Source: Eledone cirrhosa
Taxonomy: Eukaryota
Direction of reading: 5' to 3'
DNA: 64,000 nucleotides
Assembly (NCBI GenBank): GCA_964016885.1
Contig: OZ024748.1
Coordinates: 23,312,001 to 23,376,000, forward strand
Part shown: positions 53,962-64,000 of the stretch, one piece after another
Position numbering within the stretch: the stretch's first letter is position 1
Layout: every line of letters starts with the position of its first letter
Notes under the pieces: generated by a model
Told to the model about the DNA's origin: nothing
Databases searched by the model: none
The model's input: only the letters and a program-made list of their open reading frames with translations
Position numbers and translations under genes: made by a program

Positions 53962-55456
53962 ATGACCCCTTAGCCTTTGTCAAGGCAGAATTCTAGGAGA
54001 AGGAAAACTCTGATATAACACCTGCAACCCTGATGGTATCCAATGATGTTGACTTGTTCTTCTGTTTGGTAAATATCATCTTGGTTAAGAGAGTGGGACT
54101 GGCTTGGTGCAGTGCCTTTGCTCACTATAAAAGCTCCACGGCACAGGCATTGCTTTGTATCTGTAGATCTCTCTGCACTTGTCATCACATGGTACCATGG
54201 GCCCAGCATTATGTGTCAATAATTGTCACAAGTGTAGTGTTTGTACCAGAGTTTTCAAGTCGCTGGCTGCCTAAAAATTCACACTTGTTCAGCGCATCGG
54301 TAGGGGTTCTCCTACATGGATATAAAGTAGTGGCCGTACTCGAAAACGAGTTGGCAGCCACTATGTATGTATGTATGTATGTATGTATGTATGTATGTAT
54401 GTATGTATGTATGTATGTATGTATGTATGTATGTCAGGTCACCACTTGGTGCTACTGGTAACATGTATCCTAGTACAACCTGTCTCATGGTCGGGTCGTT
54501 GGCGACTAAACTGGCAACCCCACCAAGGTTTCTTGGTGAGGAGGGTGACTTTGGACATCCTGCAGGACTAAAAACAAAACCTGTCAAAGGGCAAAGGAGC
54601 TCTTAAGCGTCAATGGCCATCCAAAATCACTGGGAGAGATGACCCCTTAGCCTTTGTCAAGGCAGAATTCTAGGAGAAGGAAAACTCTGATATAACACCT
54701 GCAACCCTGATGGTATCCAATGATGTTGACTTGTTCTTCTTTTTGGTAAATATCATCTTGGTTAAGAGAGTGGGACTGGCTTATTGCAGTGCCTTTGCTC
54801 ACTATAAAAGCTTCACGGCACAGGCATTGCTTTATATCTGGAGATCTCTCTGCACTTGTCGTCACATGGTACCAAAGGCAAAGCACGATGTGTCGATAAT
54901 TGTCACAAGTGTAGTGTTTGTACCAGAGTTTTCAAGTCGCTGGCTGGACTAAAAAGTCACACTCGTTCAGCGCATCGGTAAGGGTTCTCCTACATGGATA
55001 TAAAGTAGTGGCCGTACTCGAAAACGAGTTGGCAGCCACCATGTATGTATGTATGTATGACCCCTTAGCCTTTGTCAAGGCAGAATTCTAGGAGAAGGAA
55101 AACTCTGATATAACACCTGCAACTCTGATGGTATCCAATGATGTTGACTTGTTCTTCTTGTTGGTAAATATCATCTTGGTTAAGAGAGTGGGACTGGCTT
55201 ATTGCAGTGCCTTTGCTCACTATAAAAGCTTCACGGCACAGGCATTGCTTTATATCAGGAGATCTCTGCACTTGTCATCACATGGTACCATGGGCCCAGC
55301 CCTATGTGTCAATAATTGTCACAAGTGTAGTCTTTGTACCAGAGTTTTCAAGACGCTGGCTGGACTAAAATGTCACACTCGTTCAGCGCATCGGTAGGGG
55401 TTCTCCTACATGGATATAAAGTAGTGGCCGTACTCGAAAACGAGTTGGCAGCCACC
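53962..55456 (+). mobile_element. Three tandem copies of the bipartite RTE derivative (53962-54362 short, 54433-55040 full, 55057-55456 short) separated by (TATG)n
   Basis: Homologous to 43713-44320. Confidence 0.85.
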
Positions 55457-55647
55457 ATGTATGTATGTATGTATGTATGTATGTATGTATGTATGTATGT
55501 ATGTATGTATGTGTGCATGTGTTTGTGTGTTTGTGTGTATGTATGGACGTGTGTATGGGGTGGGAGGGTGTATTCTTTTACCGGTTTCAGTCATTAGCAG
55601 CAACCATGCATATTTTATAATTTCGTGAGCTTAGAAATAAAATCCTT

Positions 55648-56283
55648 ACAACTACAACCACCACCACCACTACCACTACCACCACCACCACCACCACCAT
55701 AACCACCACCACCACCACCACTACCACCCCCACCACAACCAACACCACCACCACCACCACCACCACCATAACCACCACCACCACCGCAACAACCACCACC
55801 ATCACAACCACCACCACCACCACCGCCACTACTACCACCACCATAACCAATACCACCACCACCACCACCACCACCACTACTACCACCACCACAACCACCA
55901 TAACCACCACCACCACCACCACTACTACCACCACCATAACCACCACCACTACCACCACCATAACCACCACCACTACCACCACCATAACCACCACCACCAC
56001 CACCACCACTACTACCACCACCACCACCACTACTACCACCACCACAACCACCACCACCACCACCACCACCACCACCACCATAACCACCACCACCACCACC
56101 ACCACCACAACCACCATAACCACCACCACCACCACCACTACTACCACCACAACCACCACAACCACCATAACCACCACCACCACCACCACCACCACCAACA
56201 CCACCATAACCATCACCACCACCACCACCACCACCAACACCACCATAACCATCACCACCACCACCACCACCATTATTACCACC
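55648..56283. repeat. (CCA)n mosaic
   Basis: Direct inspection. Confidence 0.95.
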
Positions 56284-57243
56284 TTCTCCGATGGCCTTTC
56301 GTTGACCAGGCTTATGACTTTTTACTGGGAAATTATCTGTCGTTCCTGCTTTCATGGCTAACAGAGGCTAAGGTGGCTGAACAATTTTGTGGCTGAGTAA
56401 TCTTCAACATAATGGTGAATAGCTGATAACTTTGCACCGAGTACATCTATTGTATTGATAGATTGAGAGGGGGTGGGTGGAGTGGGAGGGGAGGGGTGGG
56501 GTGATGGAGAAGAGGAAAGGTAGAGAGAGAGATAGGGGAAAGGGAGGGGGAGAGAGAGAGGGAGTGGGAGAGAGGGCGAGAGAGAGAGGGAGAATGAGAG
56601 GGAGAGAGAAAGAGAGAGAGAGGGAGAATGAGAGGGAGAGAGAGGGGAGAGGAGAGGGGAAGAGTGGTGGAGGGGAAGAGTGAGAGAGGAGGAAAGGGAG
56701 AGAGAGAGGAAGAGGGAATAAAAACAATGGCTAACGTGCTCAAGTAGTGATAAGGGAGGTAACTGTATCGTAGGTACATTATGTCATCCATTTCTATTTG
56801 ATATCATTTAAACATAGTTTAAATATTAGTATTAAATAATATTATTGTGATAATATCACGTGTCAAAAGAACGAATGGAATGGATCTTCGTCGGATTCGA
56901 TGATGATCTGAATGTTTTGAATCTAAGGTGTAAATAAAGATTTTTGATAATTTCTTGTTTTAAGGGTTAGGTTAACGAGAAACTGAATTGAGCGAACCTC
57001 TGTAGAATTCGCACATTGATTGTTTATCCAGTCTTATTCACAAGTCATGCGTTGACACGGCAAATTTCACTCACCCGAGATCTATGTGTATGTGGACCCA
57101 CACACACATACATGCACACACACATATCCACATCCATCACACCCACATCCACATCCACTCACACACACACACACATATATATATATATGTGTATCAATAA
57201 AAGATCTGAAGCCATGTTCAGTTGGTTCAGGTTTATTTAAAAT

Positions 57244-57305
57244 CCGTTACATATATTTCACTGAGGACTATCTATCAGTTATGACAGCCTGAGCTCTTCA
57301 GACGG
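57244..57305 (-). ncRNA. Type I hammerhead ribozyme
   Basis: ccgt-CTGAAGA-gct..aggctgtc..gatagtcct..agt-GAAA-tatat-GTA/acgg. Lies between TA/TG microsatellites. Confidence 0.7.
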
Positions 57306-57425
57306 CAGAACCATAAAACAATGAACCATTTATACAGGTTGCTGAGCGTTTCCTTTTATCTACTTCACAACCAACAGACCATAATGTGGTCCACACATCC
57401 CTATTTGGCTAACTATATATATATA

Positions 57426-57526
<101 letters not shown>

Positions 57527-57637
57527 AAATAATGAAAAGAATGACTTCACTTGTAATTCTAAACAATTTAATTTAATTTTATAATGTTATGATTTTACAG
57601 TTAGGTTTTGTATCTACAAGGATTTCACACATTTTCC

Positions 57638-57721
<84 letters not shown>

Positions 57722-57722
<1 letters not shown>

Positions 57723-58190
57723 GGAAGTACCAGCAAGGATCTTCCCTGCTCTCCTTACTCAGATGTTCATTGAAGTTCCCCAGGATGTTGTGAGCTTGAG
57801 TGGTGTTGACAGCTCTACACACTTCCTCATGGAACTATTCCACACTCACATCACTGTCTCCCTCGGTTGGACTATAGGCTGAGATGACTGTCAGTCTTGG
57901 GTTACCATTGAAGGTCACCCTCAACAGTCGCGGGGAGACAGGCATTATTTCCCTCACCAATAGACTGGTTTTTGTGCTGAAAACAAAACCCACTCCTCCT
58001 ACTGCAGCATTGGTCCTTTTCCTCACTGCCGATGTGGTGATGAGCTGGCTCAACTTCCCAATCCTCACACTCCCCACTGGCTCATTGTGTAGGATCCTGT
58101 GTTCTTGAACCGCAAGTATCTATATACCACTAGTCCTGCATACCATTAGTCCGAATAGTCCTCACATTCAGAGTGCCCATTTTAATGGCT
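57722..58190 (-). pseudogene. APE endonuclease fragment of an RTE-type LINE
   Basis: GTLNVRT..ILAVQEHR..AAVGGVGF..VSPRLLRVTFNGNPRLTVISAYSPT..HNILGNFN, with stops and a frameshift. Confidence 0.85.
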
Positions 58191-58593
58191 CTTATTCATG
58201 ACCAAACTAAACTCTTTACATTTGTCTCATTATCCACTTCCATAACAACATCAACCGAAATGGAAGACTACTGAGAGACACCCGGATTTGTTGGTTTTCA
58301 TTTCAATTTATTATACATTTCCGGCTGGTTGGTTGGTTCGATAACCGGATGGTTATTTATATATTGTCAAAGCTCTTTCGTCACACATTTTGTGGCCTAC
58401 TCAGTGACTGAGTTTTTATTTTGTGTAGCTCCTTTGTCTGTCCTACACCATCAAGAGGTGTTTGGAAGGAATGGACGCGGCCAGGATCAACACAGAATTT
58501 TGTCAACGGGTGGCGATCTCTCTTTATATATATATAAGCGTGATACTAATAAGAATTTTTTTTTTTGCTTCCCAGTGTTTGTGTTGCAATTTC

Positions 58594-58624
<31 letters not shown>

Positions 58625-58626
<2 letters not shown>

Positions 58627-58760
58627 CAAAAGGAAGTGTGGTAAGATACCAGGTCGACCATAACGCACCAGAATACTCGATATTTAGGGTTGTAGAGTGG
58701 GTAATAGGAAAAGAGTCAGGACCCCGACGGCTGAGCTCCGATATATCGCTATTTCAGAGC
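58625..58760 (-). mobile_element. Diverged 2977-family PLE tail
   Basis: Reverse match to 3040-3172, abuts (TA)n. Confidence 0.7.
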
Positions 58761-58883
58761 ACTAATCCTAATACCTAATTTTTGCTGGACCGGCAGTCGT
58801 TCTGTATAATTAACTCCTGATTATTACTGGAATTCTAAAAGAATCCAGCTTCTATAATTTTCGGCGTACGCAGTGGAGTGCGT

Positions 58884-58926
58884 GGCTCTGATGAATGCCA
58901 GCCAGCGTGAAACAGACTGTCAGATT
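58884..58926 (+). ncRNA. Minimal type I hammerhead
   Basis: ct-CTGATGA-atgc-cagcca-gcgt-GAAAC-agact-GTC/ag. Stem I is only 2 bp. Confidence 0.6.
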
Positions 58927-59052
58927 CTCTCCCTTATTTCGCCGAAAAGAAGTAAGTGACATAGTCACTACTTTAAAACTGATAACGTATGGTCTTCTAA
59001 ATGTTTTTAATTAAACATATGGTATATTGCCAAATATACTATACATACATTC

Positions 59053-59164
<112 letters not shown>

Positions 59165-60057
59165 GTGTGTCTGTCTGTCTGTCTGTATGTATGTCTGTGT
59201 ACATATATTCTCCTCTGAAAAGAATGATGTTCTCAGAACTAATGAGATTTTGTCGTGAACTGCCACAGTTAACCTGAAATTCTACGTAATATAGTGAAGC
59301 ACACACATCACCTAGAATAGCCAATGAAATCGATATAACCTGGTGCCATCCCGGATTTGTTTGAATGTTTCATTGTTGTTGTTGTTGTTGTTGTGGTTGT
59401 TGTGGTTGTTGTTGTTGTTGTTGTTGTTTGGTTTTGAATAGAAGAAAACTCGTCGTGTGGAAATTGGGGAAAATGACGCAAAAGGCGTCAGCCGAATATA
59501 TTAGATAATTATACTTTACAACATGTAGCCGGTAAATCTTCTTCCTTCTCTTATAAAAAAATGTGTGTAGCATATAGTCACACACATACACATACACACA
59601 CAAACAGGCATACATGCATATATAAATATACATATATATATATATATGTGTGTGTGTATGTGTACGTGTGTGTGTACATATATACATATGTGTGGGTGTA
59701 TATATATATGTATGTGTATGTGTGTGTGTGTGTGTGTGTACATATATATATGTGTGGGTGTATATATATATGTGTGTGTGTGTGTGTTGAACAAAGAAAA
59801 TAAAACAAAAATTGAAGATAGATTCTTAATTAGTTCATTGTTTTACGATTGTTTCTGGCGGTTGATTGATCATGAAAAATCGATATATTGACTAATAGAC
59901 AGTGGTTATGTCACCACCACTATTCCCGATATCCTAGATCGATATCTTCAAGACTGCATGGAGTCCTAACAACGTCATTGGCCCTACCATAAACAGGTGG
60001 ATACCAGTTTACACACACACAAAACACATATATATATTTATATATACATACATACAC

Positions 60058-60129
<72 letters not shown>

Positions 60130-60132
<3 letters not shown>

Positions 60133-60198
60133 GGAAAAAGTATGACCCCGACGGCAGAGCTCAAGCCGTTTCGACGGCTATTTCTGGACTAAATTAGA

Positions 60199-60200
<2 letters not shown>
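60130..60200 (-). mobile_element. 2977-family fragment (HHR 3' half) in (TA)n
   Basis: Identical to 2979-3034 over most of its length. Confidence 0.75.
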
Positions 60201-60233
<33 letters not shown>

Positions 60234-60437
60234 TATATCATTTATTTTGTTTGACCTGTTTAGCTTGACCTGTTTTTTGGCTTAGGTGGTTAATGCCTTC
60301 TTGACCACTTTTCAGTTTGTATGGCGTTTTAACATATTGTTTAGCTCTAGTTTTTCTTAACTATTGGAGCGCTTGCCACCATTTCTACGATTTTGCGTTT
60401 CGTTTCGCTTTTTCTACCAGCCGAAATACGATTCTCG

Positions 60438-60494
<57 letters not shown>

Positions 60495-60530
60495 TCACAG
60501 GAATCAAAGTTATGTTCAAACCATTTATTA

Positions 60531-60575
60531 GCTTACAATTGTTTCATCCAAACCGAGGCTTGGAGTCTTCGGAGC
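60531..60575 (-). ncRNA. Degenerate hammerhead (U4C)
   Basis: gct-CCGAAGA-c-tccaagcc-tc-ggtttgga-t-GAAAC-aatt-GTA/agc. Lies between (TA)n runs. Confidence 0.55.
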
Positions 60576-60637
60576 ATTTTTCAATGTTTGTATACATACA
60601 TGACCTCCTTTCCAAAGCAAGAGACATACAGATACAC

Positions 60638-60712
<75 letters not shown>

Positions 60713-60809
60713 TATATATATATTTAGTTGAAAATGACAAACAAACAAACAAACGCAGGAGTCAATGGTACATAGTGTTATTAGCTTCACGCTTGGTGAG
60801 AATGGTGGA

Positions 60810-60848
60810 GGTTACGATGTTTCAGACATAAGTTCTTCATCGGGAGAG
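60810..60848 (-). ncRNA. Degenerate hammerhead-like motif
   Basis: CCGATGA-aga-acttatg-tct-GAAAC-atc-GTA. No stem I. Confidence 0.35.
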
Positions 60849-61386
60849 TAGCGACGAACTCCGAGAGGGACTGAAGAGGGGAGCTTTAATCCTATAAATT
60901 GATAATACAACAGTAGTAAGGTGTTCAGATATTTATCTAAAGCTCCAATGAGGTTTATTTTATATCCAGATTAGTGAGAGGTATTTCTGAAGTAAATCTA
61001 GTTGGTACACTTCCGGTCATCTTAGATTTATAATCACATATTCATACATATAAACATATATCCAAATACACATACATACATACACAAATACAGGTAATCA
61101 TCTACAACGGCATATAACTACAGACATTTATACATTCATACGTCTCTGTCCACCCACACAATGCGAAAGTACACGCAATATATATACACTTAGACATATG
61201 TATACTCTTTTACCTACTACATGTAAGTTCCACGGGTGGACATCCCGTCAACATTATGGCCCACAATACGGAATATTCAAATCAAAAGGAAGAGAGAGTA
61301 ATATGGTCAGTGCGACTGAGTATCATAAGCTAAAGAGACGGGATACTCAATTTGTGTATATGTTGAATATCTAATTACAATGGATC

Positions 61387-61605
61387 AGGTATCGGTCGCT
61401 CTCCGACAGGTTTGCGGTTGTACCCCTGGCAGGGAAGACTTCTGGCGTCCTCGGCCCTAGGGCTACCTCCCTACTCACCACCATAGGCGCTGAGCTGGCC
61501 AGCCGCAGGTGTGAGCCCCGCGAGTTGGAGAGGCTTTTCCAGCGCGTCTCCCTGGCCGTCCTCCGGGGAAACGCCTTCTCCATTCTGACCGCCAAGGCTG
61601 TAGCG
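61387..61605 (+). mobile_element. C-terminal restriction-like endonuclease region of a CRE-clade non-LTR retrotransposon
   Basis: RYRSLSDRFAVVPLAGKTSGVLGPRATSLLTTIG..EPRELERLFQRVSLAVLRGNAFSIL. GC-rich island. Confidence 0.8.
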
Positions 61606-61967
61606 GGGCGGGGGGGGGGGGGGCATTGTGTATCATTCCATATTTAAGTATGGTCGTATATGCCTCCCTCACAGTGTTATCCTCCAATTATTAGTTTTAT
61701 ACTAGAGTGAAAAGTGTGTGTAAAATGGAAGAAACAGACGACTATCTTGAATGGATCAGGTTCAAGTGTCTTATAAAAGAATGAGTGAAATGTTCTATGT
61801 GGACAAGAAGGTATAATTTCGTTTCTAGAGTTGACGAGGTAATTTTAGTGGTTATTATTCCCAATGCTCCGTCAAGCAAAGATTACATTTCTCTATAAGA
61901 GTATTGTAAATGACATCTGTAGAGAATGAAACATGTGTAGATCAAATAAATAATGTATTAATTGTTG

Positions 61968-62061
<94 letters not shown>

Positions 62062-62067
62062 GGTGTG

Positions 62068-62181
<114 letters not shown>

Positions 62182-62516
62182 CAGGAATAAAGAACAGCGC
62201 CATCTTGTGTAACAATATTTTACTAACTGTTCTTGACTCACGAGCCGTCACCACCATCACAAGGTGGGGTAAGGCGGGGGCGGGAGAAAGTATTCTTATC
62301 AGTTTCTTAGTTCATTCACACAAAGCTGAATACAGCAAAAGATGGAAGGCAGCCATTTTCTTTCTGAATTTCTTTCCTACTCATTTCATCAGCTTTGTTT
62401 TTATTTCTACACAGATTGCAATAACTGAATTTAGAGTAACTAAGTGCATTTCTGATAAAGGTGTGTTAGTATTGCACCCCCCCCCCCTCCCGCGCACACA
62501 CACACACACACACACA

Positions 62517-62597
<81 letters not shown>

Positions 62598-62759
62598 GCC
62601 GAGAGACATATGCATTACACTAGTGTGCGTGTATATATAGGTATGTGTGTATGTATGTATGTATGATGTGTGATTATATATTAATTTATACGTATATATA
62701 GATATAGAAGATGGCCAGGATTATTTGAACTTACACACACGCATATATGTAAGTATATG

Positions 62760-62848
<89 letters not shown>

Positions 62849-62877
62849 GTATATATATATATATATTTATATATAAG

Positions 62878-62965
<88 letters not shown>

Positions 62966-63015
62966 CGAATATATATATATATATATTTATATATACGTAT
63001 ATACACACACACACA

Positions 63016-63096
<81 letters not shown>

Positions 63097-63404
63097 CCAT
63101 TAGCATCTAAAATACGGGGTTAATAACTTTAACAGGGAAGAAAAAGAAAAACAGTACAGGCATTCTTTTGATTAGTATTTAGTGTTGGTTTGGTTAAAGG
63201 GTCATTAGGGGCGGAAGAGGATAGGTAGGAGGAGGCAGGAGAAGGAAGAAAATAGGGGGTTTATGGTTTAGGGAGCAGACCGACATACTGATTACCTTCA
63301 GTCTATTGAGAAAACACAAGTTGGGTGGTATTTCACAACAGTATTATATTATCGCCTCACAACACCGACTTTATACATGTAATGCAATCTTTCGCTATCA
63401 TCAT

Positions 63405-63846
63405 CTATGTCACCACCAACACCCCCCCACTGCAACCATCAGCGCCTTCTACGTCACCACCACCACCACTACCACTGCAACCATCACCACCGCCTTCTAC
63501 GTCACCACCACCACAACTGCAACCACCACCGCCATCTATGTCGCCACCAACACCACCACTACCACCACCACCACCACCACTGCAACCATCACCACCGCCT
63601 TCTACGTCACCACCACCACCACCACCACCACCACCACCACCACCACTGCAACCACCACCGCCGCCATCTACGTCGCCACCAACACTGCAACCATCAACGC
63701 CATCTATGTCACCACCACCGCCGCCACTGCAACCATCAGCGCCATCTACGTCACCACCACCAGCACCACCACTGCAACCACCACCGCCATCTACGTCACC
63801 ACCACCACCACCACCACTACTACTACCATCACCAACACATCCCCCC

Positions 63847-63883
<37 letters not shown>

Positions 63884-63949
63884 GACCACCACCAACACAT
63901 TACCACCACCATCACAACCACCACCACCACCACCACCACTACTACTACT

Positions 63950-64000
<51 letters not shown>
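63405..64000. repeat. CAC-rich minisatellite (cgccWtctaYgtcaccaccac..tgcaacc) grading into (CTA)n
   Basis: Direct inspection. Confidence 0.9.

Noticed and set aside
61371-61687. Minus-strand ORFs of 74 and 70 aa
   Set aside because: Antisense shadows of the plus-strand CRE endonuclease remnant.

Overview
This is eukaryotic, intergenic or intronic-type DNA that is extremely rich in microsatellites. The tRNA-derived Nin/Deu-domain and CORE-type SINEs suggest an octopus genome (inference). No intact host protein-coding gene is recognisable, and nearly all listed ORFs are translations of simple repeats. The main hidden signal is about 20 type I hammerhead ribozyme (HHR) motifs, which I folded by eye. 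They belong to at least 10 unrelated short element families of Penelope-like (PLE)/retrozyme type, mostly inserted in (TA)n runs and often carrying a fold-back inverted 5' arm. The best example is a 4 x 591-bp, apparently identical tandem array (32472-34885, minus strand). Each unit holds an HHR with a compensated U3-A8 core, and the array is capped by an inverted copy whose HHR is mutated. About 0.8 kb to its left lies a decayed Naiad-type PLE (GIY-YIG fragment + HHR + inverted arm), a plausible mobilising lineage. Also present are RTE, L1-Tx1 and CRE LINE fragments, a 608-bp bipartite non-autonomous RTE, a deleted mariner, a hAT MITE, many SINEs, minisatellites and long GGT/GTT mosaics. Ribozyme activity and expression cannot be shown from sequence alone.
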